A DNA stretch of 64,000 bases from an uncultured Sphingomonas sp. (lineage in GTDB: Bacteria > Pseudomonadota > Alphaproteobacteria > Sphingomonadales > Sphingomonadaceae): assembly GCA_913777295.1 (NCBI GenBank), contig CAJYRU010000185.1, positions 131 to 64,130 on the forward strand, given 5' to 3'. The notes under the pieces are model-generated. The model saw only the letters and a list, made by a program, of their open reading frames with translations, ran no database searches and had not been told where the DNA came from. Shown in pieces: positions 19,658-32,100 of the stretch; within the stretch, counting starts at the first letter, position 1; each line of letters opens with the position of its first letter. Both the position numbers and the translations under genes were made by a program.

Positions 19658-21785
19658 AATAGGTCTTGTACTTGTTATAGTAGAAGGTCGGGTCGCCATA
19701 GCCGCTCTTGGCCATCGCGCGCAGGTCGGCGCGGGTCAGCACGACGCCGGCGGTCACCGCGCCCACCTGATCGAGCAGGCGCATCGCATGACCGACCGCC
19801 TTGCGCGGGGTCGATCCCCAGCGCACCGCCAGCACGACGCGGTCAGCGAGCGCGGCGGCCTGCCGTGCCTCGACCACCGGCAGCACCGGCGCGCAGTCGA
19901 GCAGCACCAGGTCGAACCGATCGCGCACCTGGGACATCAGCCGGCGCATCGCTTCCGATCCCAGCAGGTCGAAATCATTGACCGCGCCCGCCTGCGGCAG
20001 GAGGAACGCGCCGCTGGCCTCGTCGACGACCATCGCCTGGTCAAGCGTGCAGCTACCCGCGAGCACTTCGGCGAAACCGGTCCGAGTATCGACGTTCAGC
20101 CGCCGGGTAGTGGCACGCTGGCGAAGATCGCTATCGATCAGCAGCACCCGCTGCCCGGCCAGCGCCGCCGAGCGCGCGAGGCAGATCGACAGGGTCGTCT
20201 TGCCTTCCGCCGGCAGCGCGGAGGTGATGGCAACGACCTTCGCGCCCGACCGCTTCAGATTGGTGCGCACCGCCCGGAACGATTCCGCGAAGACCGAGGA
20301 CGGATTGCCGATCAGATATTGCGACGGACCGATCGGGTCGCGGCGCGACACCTTCACGCCCGGTATGGTCGAGAGGTCGGGGATCAGGCCGATCGACGGC
20401 ACGCCCAGTTCCTCCTCAACGTCCTCGCTCGTCTTGACGCCGCTTTCCATCATTTCGAGGACGGTCACGGCAAGGCCGGCCGCCAGCAGCGCACCGACTA
20501 GGCCGATCAGGGTATAGACGATTGGATTGGGCGAAACCGGGGCCGCCGGCGGCAGGGCGTGCGCAATGACGTGCGCCAGCGTCTGATCAGTCCCTTGGCG
20601 CGCGACGGCGGCGCGATACTGGTCGAGGAAGGTCTGGTACAGGTTGCGCGCCGCATCGGCGCTGCGCTGCAGGTCGTTCAGGCGGACCGAGGCGGCGTTT
20701 TCCGCCTGCAATGCGCCTTCGTTGCGGCCGATCGAGGACTGGAGCGAGCTTGCGCGGCCGCTAGCGACGCGTGCCTCCGATTCGAGGTTGGAGATGACGC
20801 GGTTGACCTCCGCCTTGATGCGGGCATCTACCTCGGCCAACTGCCGGTCGACGCGGGCGAGATCGGGATGGAGCGGACCGTAGCGGCCGACCATGTCCGC
20901 GCGTTGCGTGCTTAGCTGCGCCTGTTGCGCGCGCAGCCCTTGGACCACTTCCGAATTGAGCGCGGCGCCGAGCGCCTCGCCGCTGCTGCCACGGGCGAGC
21001 TGGCCGCGCGCCGTCGCCAGCCGCGCCTGCGCCGCGGCCTGTTCCGCTTGGGCCTGGGCAAGCTGGCCGTTCAGCGCGACGGTCGCCTGCGAACTGTTCG
21101 TCCCGCCCGGCGTCACATCGACCAGCCCGTTGCGCGCACGATAGCTGGAGATCGCCGATTCGGCCGAAACGACCTCGGTGCGCAACTGCTGGATTCGCTG
21201 GCGCAGAAGCCGGATCTGCCGCTGGCGCTCCGCCTCCTTATTGCCCAGCCGCGCGGCGACATATTCGTCGACGACGCCGTTCGCAATGTTCGCCGCCTTG
21301 GTCGAGGAGAAGGACCGGGTCGTAACCGCGATCGCGTAGGACAGGCCGGTCCGCTTAATATCGACCTTGCCCTGCAATGCAGCGATGGCGTTTTCCCGCG
21401 CCGCCGCCGGCGTCGTCGCATCGCCGGCAAAGGCTGGATCGCGGGCGAGGCCCAGCTTGTCGACGACACGCGCGGCGACCGCCGGCGACCCAAGGACCTG
21501 CACCTCGGTATCCACCGCCGGGGAATCGGTCGGGAGGTCGGTGCTGGTCTGTTCGCCCAACTGCGCCTCGCGCCGGTCGAGCGCGACTTGGGCCGACGCC
21601 TCATAGACCGGACGCTGAAGACGATAAGCGAGGAACGCCATCGCCGCGACCGCCAGCGAGACCGCGACAATCACCAGCCAGCGGCGGCGCAGCAGCGCGC
21701 CGAGCCTCACGAAATCGATCAGCCCCTTGCGATCGAGTACCCCGCTTCGTCCGGCGGCCTGTTGCTCGGTCGTGTCGCTCGTCAT
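19650..21785 (-). CDS. wzc: Wzc/GumC-like polysaccharide co-polymerase with BY-kinase domain
   Basis: Two TMs around a coiled-coil periplasmic domain; SALPAEGKTT, LLIDSD, LLDCAP; C-terminal Tyr cluster GYGDPTFYYNKYKTYYA. Confidence 0.92.
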   Translation of the reverse strand: MTSDTTEQQAAGRSGVLDRKGLIDFVRLGALLRRRWLVIVAVSLAVAAMAFLAYRLQRPVYEASAQVALDRREAQLGEQTSTDLPTDSPAVDTEVQVLGSPAVAARVVDKLGLARDPAFAGDATTPAAARENAIAALQGKVDIKRTGLSYAIAVTTRSFSSTKAANIANGVVDEYVAARLGNKEAERQRQIRLLRQRIQQLRTEVVSAESAISSYRARNGLVDVTPGGTNSSQATVALNGQLAQAQAEQAAAQARLATARGQLARGSSGEALGAALNSEVVQGLRAQQAQLSTQRADMVGRYGPLHPDLARVDRQLAEVDARIKAEVNRVISNLESEARVASGRASSLQSSIGRNEGALQAENAASVRLNDLQRSADAARNLYQTFLDQYRAAVARQGTDQTLAHVIAHALPPAAPVSPNPIVYTLIGLVGALLAAGLAVTVLEMMESGVKTSEDVEEELGVPSIGLIPDLSTIPGVKVSRRDPIGPSQYLIGNPSSVFAESFRAVRTNLKRSGAKVVAITSALPAEGKTTLSICLARSAALAGQRVLLIDSDLRQRATTRRLNVDTRTGFAEVLAGSCTLDQAMVVDEASGAFLLPQAGAVNDFDLLGSEAMRRLMSQVRDRFDLVLLDCAPVLPVVEARQAAALADRVVLAVRWGSTPRKAVGHAMRLLDQVGAVTAGVVLTRADLRAMAKSGYGDPTFYYNKYKTYYA

Positions 21786-21884
21786 TTAACCATTCCTCGA
21801 TCAGACAGGCCGGTCCACTACCCTCGCGGGCACCCGGTAGGCGGTCAGCTGTCCCCGCTTAGAGAACATTCGGCGTAACGTCGA

Positions 21885-23258
21885 TTACCGTTCCCGGAAA
21901 GAGCGGGAGAACGCTTCCACCATTGGATCAATCATATATTGCAATGCGGTGCGCTTGCGAAGCCGAATGAACACCTGCACCGGAATTCCCGGTCGAATCC
22001 CTGTCGATTTGCCGCCGCGCGCCTGTTGCAGCGCAGCATATTGACTGGGTGGCACGGCGACATCGACCTCGTAATAGGTCGCCCCCGTCCGTTCGTCGGT
22101 CAGCGCATCGGCCGATACCGATCGCACCGTCCCGAGAATGATCGGCAGGTCGCGCTGGTGCAGCGACAGGAACCGGACCTCGGCCTCGCCGCCTTCCTCC
22201 ACCCCGTCGATATCGCCGGGCGCGAACTGCGTCCGCACGATCAGCGGCGCGGCATCGGGCACGATGTCGAGGATGCGCTGACCCGGCGCCAGCACTGCGC
22301 CCTGCGAAAAGACACTGAGACCGACGACCCGCCCGGCCACCGGCGCACGCACCGCGGTGCGCCGCAACTGGTCGCGCGCGGCCAGCCATTTCGGGCGCAT
22401 CTCGTTCAACTGGAACAGCGTGTCGCGCAACGCCGCCGAACTCTCGGTCTGCATCCGCCGCTGGTTCTGGACATCCTCGCCCGCGACGCCGCTGATGCTC
22501 GCCCGCGATGCTGCGACCCGCGCGTTCAGGTCGGCGATCGCCGCGTCCATCTGCGATACACTGCGTTCGAGCTGGCGGATCGAATTCAGCGATATAAAGC
22601 CCTTGTCCTGCAACGTACGCGCACTGGCGAGCTGCGCCTGCAACGACGCGCGCTGTTCGCGGGTCGAGCGCGCCTGCGCGATATAGCCGCGAATCTGCTC
22701 GTCGGTCTCGCGCCGGCGCTGGACATTGACGTTTCCGCTGGCAGCCAGCATCCCGCCCCGCGCCGACAACTGCCCGGACTGGACCGCGCGCGCGCGCTCG
22801 GCGATCAGCGCGTCGCGCCCGGTATAGCCGGTAAAGGCCGCCGGCCAGCGGACGGGACCGCCGGTCACTTCCGCTTCCAGCCGCGCCTGCTGCGCCTCCA
22901 GGCCGATCACGCTTTCGGCAAGCGCCCGTTCCTGGGCCTCGACCTCGGGCGCGGCCAGCGACACCAGCAACTGGTTGGCGGCGACATGCTGCCCCTCGCG
23001 CACCAGCAGTTGCCCGACGGTTCCTCCGTCGCGGTGCTGGACCGTCTGGCGATTGCCCATTACCGCGACCTGACCGTTGCCGACCGCCGCCGCGTCGAGC
23101 CGCGCGAACCCGGCCCAGCCGAGAAAGCCGACGAAGAACAACAGGCCGACCGTCACGCCCAGCGTCGCCGGCCGCCGGGGCGAATCGTCGAGCAGCGCAT
23201 GGGCGGCAACGGCATTCGACACCGCGCTGCGCGGCGGAATAATCACTTCGGAGGCCAT
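21885..23258 (-). CDS. HlyD family type I secretion periplasmic adaptor
   Basis: TM, TVQHRDGGTVGQLLVREG, coiled coil, VRAPVAGRV, PGIPVQVFI...RTALQYMIDP. Confidence 0.93.
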   Translation of the reverse strand: MASEVIIPPRSAVSNAVAAHALLDDSPRRPATLGVTVGLLFFVGFLGWAGFARLDAAAVGNGQVAVMGNRQTVQHRDGGTVGQLLVREGQHVAANQLLVSLAAPEVEAQERALAESVIGLEAQQARLEAEVTGGPVRWPAAFTGYTGRDALIAERARAVQSGQLSARGGMLAASGNVNVQRRRETDEQIRGYIAQARSTREQRASLQAQLASARTLQDKGFISLNSIRQLERSVSQMDAAIADLNARVAASRASISGVAGEDVQNQRRMQTESSAALRDTLFQLNEMRPKWLAARDQLRRTAVRAPVAGRVVGLSVFSQGAVLAPGQRILDIVPDAAPLIVRTQFAPGDIDGVEEGGEAEVRFLSLHQRDLPIILGTVRSVSADALTDERTGATYYEVDVAVPPSQYAALQQARGGKSTGIRPGIPVQVFIRLRKRTALQYMIDPMVEAFSRSFRER

Positions 23259-25138
23259 TATGCGTGCTTCCTTCCCTGGCCGCTTGGATCACGCAGCACG
23301 GGATTATCGGCTTCGGCCGGCTCCTCGATCCAGCGACGGCCGCCTTGCAGTGTCACCCCGCCCTCGGCCGGTCGCGGAGCGTCGGCCGGGCGCGGCCCGG
23401 TTGGGGGGACGGCGGGACGCGGCTTGATGATCTCGTCACGCGGTCCGAACGCCTGGACCGTCCCGCCGCTCAGCATGAGGATGCGGTCGGCCACCTGCAG
23501 GATGCCGGTGCGATGGGTCGACACGATCAGCGTCGCGTTCGCCTGTTTGAGCGCGGCCAGCTTGCGCATCAGCAACAAGTCGCCATCGCCGTCGAGATGC
23601 GCGTTCGGTTCGTCGAGCAGCAGCAGCACAGGCCGGCCGTACAGCGCGCGGGCAAAGGCGATCCGCTGCGCCTGCCCCGCCGATAACGTTACGCCGCCGG
23701 GGCCAAGCGGGGTGTCATACCCCTTGGGCAGTTGCAGAATCAGGTCGTGCGCCCCGGCCGCCATTGCCGCGTCGAGTACCGCCTGATTCCCCTGCTCATC
23801 GACCGTCGGCTGGAAACGGGCAATATTCTCTCGGACGGTGCCGGGGAACAACACCGTGTCCTGCGGCATATAGCCGATAGAGCGGCCGAGCTGCTCACGG
23901 TTCCAGTCGGCATAATTGGCACCGTCGAGACGGACCATGCCCTCGGTCGGTGCCAATCCACCCGATAGGACGCGCATCAGCGTGCTCTTGCCCGACCCGC
24001 TCGGCCCGACCAGCGCGATGAGTTCGCCCGGCTGCGCGTCGAACACGATATCCGACAGGATCGGCGTGTCGCGCTGATCGGTCTCGACCATCACCCCCTC
24101 GACCGACAGACGGCCGGTCGGGGCGGGCAGCGGCATCGGTTCGACCGTCCGGCTCGTGTCGCACAGCGCCAGCAGATTGCGATAGGCGGAACGCGCCAAC
24201 AGCACGTTGCGCAGCGCGCCCATGAACTGCTCAATCGGCTGCAACCCGCGCGAAATTAGTAGTGAGGCGGCAAAGATCGCACCGCCCGAAATCATGCCCT
24301 CGATCGCCAGCAGCGCCCCCAGACCCAGCGCCAGCGACTGGATGAACATGCGCAGGAACTTGGTGAAGGCCAGCAGGCGGCCCGATACCCGCGTCGCCTC
24401 GATCTGCAACGCGACCGTGCCCAGGCGCTGACCTAGGTGGCGCTGGACCAGCGCATCCTGCATACCCAGCGCACTGACCGTTTCCGCCGCGCGGATCGAG
24501 AAATCCTGCATCGAATAGGTCTGGTTGGACCGCGCGCCCGCGGCCTGAACCAGCCCCGCGGTGACCCGCTCGGTCCCCCAGGCGATGCCCGCCAGCAGGA
24601 TCGACGCGACCAGGGCCAGCACCCCGATCCACGGATGCAGCAGGAAACACACCGCGATGTAGATCGGCGCCCAAGGCGCGTCGAACAGCGCGACGATCGC
24701 CGGGCCGGTCATCGTCTGGCGCAGCGTGTCGAAATCGCGCGCCGCCGACTGCCGCGCGGCAAGGTCGCCGGCCCCCGGCGACAGCGCACGGGCAAGGACG
24801 GGTTGCGCCGCCAATTTCTCCAGCCGCACGCTGCCCCGCTGCAACAGCCGCATCCGCGCCGAATCGAGCAGCGCCGAGCAGATCAGCGCCAGCGCGAGAA
24901 TGCCGGTGAGCGTGACGAGCGTCGCCGTGCCGCGCGTCGATACGACCCGGTCATAGACCTGAAGCATGTAGATCGACGGGGCGAGGTACAGCAGGTTGAT
25001 CATTCCGCTGAACAGCCCGGCGAACAGGAAATGCGGTCGGCAGGCGGCCACTGCCCTGCGCAGCGGGTTGGTACCGGACCAACTGGCGAGGGTCGTATCC
25101 GGGGTCCCGTCCTTGGAGGAATTGTTACGCCAAAACAT
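23258..25138 (-). CDS. Type I secretion permease/ATPase (PrtD/AprD-like)
   Basis: PSIYMLQVYDRV, FDAPWAP, GPSGSGKS, LSAGQAQRIAFARA, LDEPNAHLD. Confidence 0.95.
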   Translation of the reverse strand: MFWRNNSSKDGTPDTTLASWSGTNPLRRAVAACRPHFLFAGLFSGMINLLYLAPSIYMLQVYDRVVSTRGTATLVTLTGILALALICSALLDSARMRLLQRGSVRLEKLAAQPVLARALSPGAGDLAARQSAARDFDTLRQTMTGPAIVALFDAPWAPIYIAVCFLLHPWIGVLALVASILLAGIAWGTERVTAGLVQAAGARSNQTYSMQDFSIRAAETVSALGMQDALVQRHLGQRLGTVALQIEATRVSGRLLAFTKFLRMFIQSLALGLGALLAIEGMISGGAIFAASLLISRGLQPIEQFMGALRNVLLARSAYRNLLALCDTSRTVEPMPLPAPTGRLSVEGVMVETDQRDTPILSDIVFDAQPGELIALVGPSGSGKSTLMRVLSGGLAPTEGMVRLDGANYADWNREQLGRSIGYMPQDTVLFPGTVRENIARFQPTVDEQGNQAVLDAAMAAGAHDLILQLPKGYDTPLGPGGVTLSAGQAQRIAFARALYGRPVLLLLDEPNAHLDGDGDLLLMRKLAALKQANATLIVSTHRTGILQVADRILMLSGGTVQAFGPRDEIIKPRPAVPPTGPRPADAPRPAEGGVTLQGGRRWIEEPAEADNPVLRDPSGQGRKHA

Positions 25139-25287
25139 ATCGTTCGCGCCCTATCGCGGTTCGCCGATACGGTAGTTTGCAATAGTTACCAAACACTGGT
25201 GATCGCGTCATCTTTTCCGTATCGCCCGAGTCCCGCGCCGATCGCTGACGGCTGGACCGCCACGGCGCAGCCGCATATGCTGTCGCG

Positions 25288-25458
25288 ATGAATGGTATCG
25301 ATGACAAGGTCGCCGCACCGGCAATGAGCTGGAAACAATGGTCCGCCGCGCTGATCGATTCGCTGCGATGGCCGGTGACCATGTTGCTGCTCGCGCTGAC
25401 GTTTCGCGAGCCGATATCCCGACTGTTCGGCGCGCTGACCGACGCGATCCTGCGATGA
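25288..25458 (+). CDS. Small membrane protein (56 aa, below the ORF-track cutoff)
   Basis: MNGIDDKVAAPAMSWKQWSAALIDSLRWPVTMLLLALTFREPISRLFGALTDAILR; TM plus amphipathic helix, GC-biased codons. Confidence 0.55.
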   Translation: MNGIDDKVAAPAMSWKQWSAALIDSLRWPVTMLLLALTFREPISRLFGALTDAILR

Positions 25459-25510
25459 ACCAAGAAAGCCGGCGGCGGGAACCCCGCCCGCCAGCCATCC
25501 CGGATGATAA

Positions 25511-26128
25511 TCAGAAATAGCGTTCGCCGATGCGAACCACGTCGCCCGGCTGGATACGGACGTCCGACTCGATCGTGACCCGTTGCTCCTGCGTTGCGCC
25601 CGGATGCCGGATCAGCGCCTGCTTGCGATTGGCGCGATAGGTATAGCCCCCCGCCAGCGCGATCGCCCGGCTGAGTGTCATGCCGTCGAACGTCGGATAC
25701 TGGCCTGGGCGGCTCACTTCCCCCAGGATGAAGAATGGGCGGTAGCTCAGCACCTCGACGGTGACGCGCGGGTTGCGGATATAGCCCGCGCCTAGCCGCT
25801 CGACCAGCGCCGCCTCGAGCTGCTTGCCGGTCTTGTTCTGCGCAGGAACGTCGCCGATCAGCGGGAAGCTGATCGTGCCGTTGCCGCCGACCTGGAACTC
25901 GCCGCTGAGCGTCGGTTCATTGAACGTGCTGACCCGGACACGGTCGCCGATGCCCAATGTATAGACGTCCCCGCCGGTGCCGGCGGACGGGGCGGTCGCG
26001 GCGGCAGGCGCCTGCTGCACGGGCGGCGTCGCTCCTCCGCAGGCCGACAACAGCATCGCGACGACCCCGGCCCCTGCGAACAGCGTGGCAGTCCTTCCCT
26101 TCCCTAACCTGTTGTTCAACGTACGCAT
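25511..26128 (-). CDS. Wza/OPX polysaccharide export lipoprotein (short form)
   Basis: Lipobox LSAC; YTLGIGDRV, GTISFPLIG, ILGEVSRPGQY; ends IQPGDVVRIGERYF with no C-terminal OM helix. Confidence 0.9.
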   Translation of the reverse strand: MRTLNNRLGKGRTATLFAGAGVVAMLLSACGGATPPVQQAPAAATAPSAGTGGDVYTLGIGDRVRVSTFNEPTLSGEFQVGGNGTISFPLIGDVPAQNKTGKQLEAALVERLGAGYIRNPRVTVEVLSYRPFFILGEVSRPGQYPTFDGMTLSRAIALAGGYTYRANRKQALIRHPGATQEQRVTIESDVRIQPGDVVRIGERYF

Positions 26129-26199
26129 CCCTCGATTATGGTGCAGTGCAATACTGTTATTGTGCGACAAACCGATGGTCGCGGCAACCCGAGCCGGCC

Positions 26200-29100
26200 C
26201 TAGCCGAACAGCAGGTCGCTGTGCACCGTAGTATCGCCCGCCATGCCGTACACATAATAGTGAATGCCGTCGTGTACGACTTCCTCGATTAGTTGCAAAT
26301 TCGACACGATGCCGCCCGACGCGCCAGTGACCTTCAACATTCCGGTCGACTCCATCGGGTCGCCGGTGACGCCGGGCAGGTTGAACCGGTCGCTGGCATT
26401 CGAGCGGATGCGGCCATCAGCATTGTCGTCGTACAGTGCCGAGGTCATGACTATGCGGTCGCCCGCGCCGAAGTTGCGGACCTGGTCGCTGCCGCCGGCA
26501 AGTCCGGTCGCCGTGTCGAAGAAGAACGTGTCCGCCGCCGCCGTCCCGACCATTGTGTCGTTGGCATAGGTCCCGACGAGCGATCCGACCGGTGCGCCGC
26601 TTTTCCCGGCAAAGGACAATTGCTCGATATCGATCAGCCGGTCGGTGCCCTCGGGCGAGCCCGCGCGCAGGTCGCGGATTTCGAGGACGCCGTTGTTGAA
26701 GGCGAAGGCATAGTCGCTGCGCGCGCCGCCGAACAGCGCCACGTCGATGCCGCTGCCGCCGTTCAGCACGTCGTTGCTGCCGCCACCATAGAGCTGGTCG
26801 TCCCCCTCGCCGCCGCGGATCAGGTCGGCCCCGCCCCGCCCGGACAGGATATCCGCGCCGCCATTGCCGTCGATCGTCCAGTTCGCGTCCGACCCCGCGG
26901 TGAAGCGGTCGCTGCCGGTCGTTCCGCTATAGACCGCACTGGCGGTATCGACCGCCAGCGTGACGCTGTTCCCCGCGCCGGCATTGCCGACCGCGTCGGT
27001 ATAGCTTTGCGCCGCGATCGTGACCTTCATGGTCGGATCGAGGACGCCTTCGCCGGGGGTATAGGTCACCTGATAGACGCGGTTGTCGGTCGTCGCGACC
27101 AGATCGGTGAGCGTCCCGCTGCTCGCGGCGAGATCGGCCGTCGTCAGGCCGACCGGCGCTTCGGAGAAGGTCAGGGTCAGCTTCGCCTGCTGGCCATGGC
27201 CGAGTTGCGCGGTGTTGCTGGTGATCTCCACGGTCGGCGCGGCAGTGTCGATCGACAGGCTGATCGACGCGCCGGCCATGTTGGCAACCCCGTCATCGCC
27301 GGTGAAGCGCCCGGCGGCGATCGCGATGCCGCCGGTCCCGGCATAGCCATTGGCCGCGGTGAACGCGACGGTATAGACCAGCGGATTGGTGGCCGACACC
27401 GTCAGGTTGGACACGGTCCCGTGATTGGCGACCAGATCGTCGATCGTCAGCCCGGACGGCGCACGATCGAAGGTCAGCGTGACCAGCGTGGTCGCGGCAA
27501 GCGTGCTGAGCGTCCCGCCCGACTGCGTCATCGTCACGGTCGGCGCGGCGCTGCGCCCGAGGTCGAGCTTGGCATCGGCCTTGTCGTCGGTCGCGGCGGC
27601 ATAGACATAATAGGTCACGCCATCGCGGGTCTCGCTGCCGATCAGCTTGATCGTCGGGACCAGCTTGCCCGTGCCGGGCGAGAACAGCTTGAGCGTGCCA
27701 GTCGAGCCGGCCGGCGCATCCTCCGTCGCCGACAGGACGAAACGGTCGCTGGCGTTGACCCGGATCACGCCGCTCGCATTGGCACCGGCCAGCGCGCTGG
27801 TGGTCACCAGGCGATCGCCCGCACCGAAGTTGCGGATTTGGTCGTTGCCGCCGGCAATGCCGGTCGCCGTGTCGACGAAGAAGGTATCGGCCGCATCGGT
27901 GCCGTTCAGCGTGTCGTTGGCAACGGTGCCGATCACCGCGCCGGCCGGCACGCCGTTGCCGCGGGCGAATTCGATCCGTTCGATATTGACGAAGCTGTCA
28001 TTGCCGTCGGGCGATCCCGCGCGCAGATCGATAACGTGCAGCACGCCGTCGATCGAGCGGAACGCATAGTCGCTCCGCGCGCCGGACATCACCATGGTGT
28101 CGATTCCGCCGCCGCCATCGATCCGGTCGCTGCCGCCGCCGCCCGACAGGCGGTTCGCGCCGGCATCGCCGGTCAGCGTGTCGGCAAAGGCCGAACCAGT
28201 CAGCCCTTCGATACCGCTCAGCACATCGCCCTCGGCATCGCCGCCCCGGGCGATCCGCTGGCCCAGGTCGACCGTGACGCCGGCGGTGCTGCCTGCATAG
28301 CTGGCGATGTCGAACCCGGTGCCGCCGTCGATCAGGTCGGCGCCCGCCCCGCCTTCGAGGGTGTCGTCGCCATCCAGCCCGCTCAGCATATCGCTGGCCA
28401 TACCGCCGACGATGATGTTCGCGGCGGCGTTGCCCGTGCCGGTGAACGACAGCACGCCGGTGCTCACGAGATTTTCCAACCCGGCCGTGAGCGTATAGGC
28501 CGACATGCCGGTGCGGACGGTGTCGTTGCCGGCGCTGTCGATGACCTGGTCGCCGCCATTGTCGACGACATAGGTGTCGTCACCCGCGCCACCGTCCATG
28601 ATGTCCGCGCCCGAACCGCCGTCAAGATAGTCGTCGCCCTCGCCGCCGTTCAGTATATCCTTGCCCGCACCGCCCGACAGGCGGTTCGCGCCGGCGTCCC
28701 CGGTCAGCACGTCGGCGAAGGAGGTGCCGATCACGTTTTCGATGCTGCGGAACACGTCGCCCTGCGCATCGCCGCCAGCGGCTTCGCCGGTCGTCAGGTT
28801 GATCCGGACACCCACGACATTGTCGGCATAGCTGACCGTGTCGCTACCCTCGCCGCCGTCGAGGATGTCGCCGCCGCCCAGGCCGATCAGGACGTCGTCG
28901 CCATCCATGCCGTAGAGCGTGTCGACATTGGTGTTGCCGGTGATGACGTTGTTCAACGCGTTGCCCGTGCCGGTGAAGCGGATGGTCGCATTGCCGGTCA
29001 GCGCCTCGACATGGTCGGGCAGGACATAGCTGGACAGGGTGGTGAGGACCCGGTCGAAGCCTTCGCCCAGCAGTTCGATGACCTGGTCGCCCTGATCGTC

Positions 29101-32100
29101 GACGATATAGAGGTCGTCGCCCGTCCCGCCGTACAGGAAGTCGGCGCCCGCCCCGCCGTCCATCCGATCGGCACCGCCGCCGCCGTACAGCCGATCCACG
29201 CCGGTCCGGCCGTAGATCAGGTTGTCACCGTCGTCGCCGGTCATCGTGTCGTCGTAGTTCGAACCGATGATCGTGCGTACGTCGTACAGCCGGTCACCCT
29301 CCGCATCGCCGCCCAGATTGACATTGGTGACGAGGTTCAGCGTGATCGCGGCCTTCGACTTCGAATAGTCCGCGCTGTTGATCCCGGCACCGCCATAGAA
29401 GGTGTCGGCACCCAGCGACCCCTGGAACTTGTCGTTGCCGTCCAGCCCGTACCACGTCTCACTGCCCGAGCTGCCGTAGAACACGTTGTCGAGTTCGTTG
29501 CCGGTACCGACAAAGGTGCCGCCGCCGGTATAGCCAAGCGATTCGACGCCGAGGCCGAGCGTGTAGCGACCGATCGAGGTGTTGACGCGATCGTCTCCGC
29601 CATCAGCGGTTTCGATCACGACATCGCCGACATTATCGACGGTATAGGTATCGTTGCCGTTACCGCCGATCATCACGTCGGCGCCGCCGCCGCCGTTCAG
29701 CACGTCGTTGCCGTCACCGCCCTCGAGCCGGTTGGCGTTGGCATCGCCGGTCAGCGTATCGGCATAGGCCGTGCCGATCACCGCCTCGAACCCTGACAGC
29801 GTATCACCGTCGGACGCGGTGCCGGTCGCCAGATTGACGGTCAGTCCGGTCGCCGTCGTGGTGACATAGTCCGAATAGTCGACCGTGTCGAAACCGGCAC
29901 CGCCCGCGAGGATATCGGCACCCGCGCCGCCCATGATATGGTTGTCACGACCGTCGCCGGTCAGGCGATCGGCAAACGCCGTCCCGCGAATCGCCCCGAC
30001 ACCGATCAGGCGATCGCCTTCGGCATCACCGCCCGAGCCGGTGCCGGCGGCGAGGTCCACGACCACCCCTGCCGCGCTGGCCGAATAATCGGCACGGTCG
30101 AGGACGGAAGTGCCGATCAGCGTATCCGCGCCGGCGCCACCGACCAGGAACGTTCCGCGGCCATCGCCGGTCAGCACATCGGCGAAATTGCTGCCCACCA
30201 GCCGCTCGATGCTGGTCAGCCGGTCGCCCAGCGCATCACCGGCAGACCCGTTTCCGGTCGCCAGGTTGACAGTGACGCCCTGCGCCGATGCCGAATAGTC
30301 GGCCGTGTCGAACCCGACACCGCCGTCGATCTGGTCGGCACCCTGCCCACCGATCAGTCGGTCGTCGCCGGCACTGCCGACGAGCAGGTCGTCGCCCGCG
30401 CCACCGTCGAGCTGCCGGACCAGGCCGCCGGCGAACAGCCGGTCGGCATAGGCCGAGCCCAGCACCGCTTCGACATCGACCAGCACGTCACCGGTGGCAT
30501 CGCCGGCCGCGGTGCCGTTCACCAGATCGAGCGTGACCCCCTGAGTAGCATCGGCATAGCTGACGGTATCGAAGCCCGCGCCGCCGATCAGCAGGTCGCC
30601 GCCGCCGCGCCCGATCAGCACGTCGTCACCTGCGCCGCCCGACAAGATATCGCTACCGGCGCTGCCCGCCAGAACGTCGGCAAAGGCCGTTCCCTCGACC
30701 GATTCGATCGACGCCAGCGTATCGCCTTCGGCATCGCCGCCGCTGCCGGTCCCGGCGGCAAGGTCGATCCGCACCGCCTGCCGGCTGGCCGAATAGTCCG
30801 CCGTGTCGATGCCCGCGCCGCCGTTAAGCCGATCCGCACCACCGCCGCCGATCAGAACGTCATTGCCCGCGCCGCCCGTCAGGATATCCGCTTGAGCCGA
30901 TCCGATCACGCGGTCGATATCGGACAGGATGTCGCCTTCGGCATCGCCGCCGGTGCCCCTTCCCGTCGACAGATCGACCGAGACGCCATTGGCGCTGGCC
31001 GAATAATCGGCGGTATCGATTCCGGTCGATCCGACGAGCCGGTCCGCACCCGCACCGCCGGCCAGCAGCGACCCGCTGACCGCGGCGATCAGCGTATCGT
31101 CGAACGCCGTACCGATGACGCCCTCGATGCCGCTCAGCGTGTCGCCCGCGGCGTCGCCGCCGGTGCCCGTCCCGGTCTGCAGGTTGACGGTGACAGCCGC
31201 GCTGCCACCCGAATAGTCCGCAATGTCGAACCCGGCACCGCCGCGCAGGATGTCCGCACCGCTGCCGCCGTTCAGAATGTCGTCTCCGGCACCGCCGTCG
31301 ATCACGTCGTCGCCCGCGCCGCCGTTCAGCAGGTTCCCGCCGCGATCGCCGATCAGCACGTCGGCAAAGGCCGATCCGATCACGCCCTCGATCGAATCGA
31401 ACAGGTCCTGGTCGGCGTCGCCGCCCGACCCCACCGTCTCGCGCAGGTCGATCCGAATGCCGGCCGAGCTGCTCGAATAGTCGAGGATATCGAACCCGTC
31501 GCCGCCCAGCAGCACATCGCCCCCGCCGCCGCCGATCAGCAGGTCGTTGCCGGCCCCGCCGATCAGCCGGTCGAAGCCGTCGCCGCCGATCAGCACGTCG
31601 CTGCCCGTGCCGCCGCGGATCACGTCGTCATGGCTGCTGCCGACGATCAGGTGCGGAGCGTCGCCATCGGCAAAGGCCGCGACGCCGATTTCCGAATCGG
31701 CAAACGACACCCCGCTCGCGACCGCCGTGCCGGACGACACGCCATCGGCGTTAAACACCGACTTGCTGAGCACCCGGTACAAGGTCGCATTGGCACCGAT
31801 CATCGCGATCAGACCATAGACGTTCGCAGTCGCCGACCCCTCGGTCAGGCTGATCGCGGTGGTCGACACATTGTCGCTCAGCGCCGGACGGATGATCGTC
31901 GCCGCCGCGCCGCGGTTGAACCAGATATGGTTCTGGCTGCTGTTCCCGCCGCGCAGATAGGGATCGACGCTGGTGATGTCGGTCAGAACGGTATCGGTCG
32001 CCCACAGCCGATAGCCGCGACCATTGTCATGGGCGACCGTGTTGTCGAACGTCGTCGTCGCCGACTTGATATCGAAACCGGCATCGACATTGCCGCTGGC

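Noticed and set aside
21786-21793. TTAACCAT CtrA half-site before wzc
   Set aside because: Lies in the RBS-to-ATG spacer; likely incidental.
28170-31510. Periodic DNA repeats as a CRISPR array
   Set aside because: In-frame, degenerate protein repeats; no unique spacers and no cas genes.
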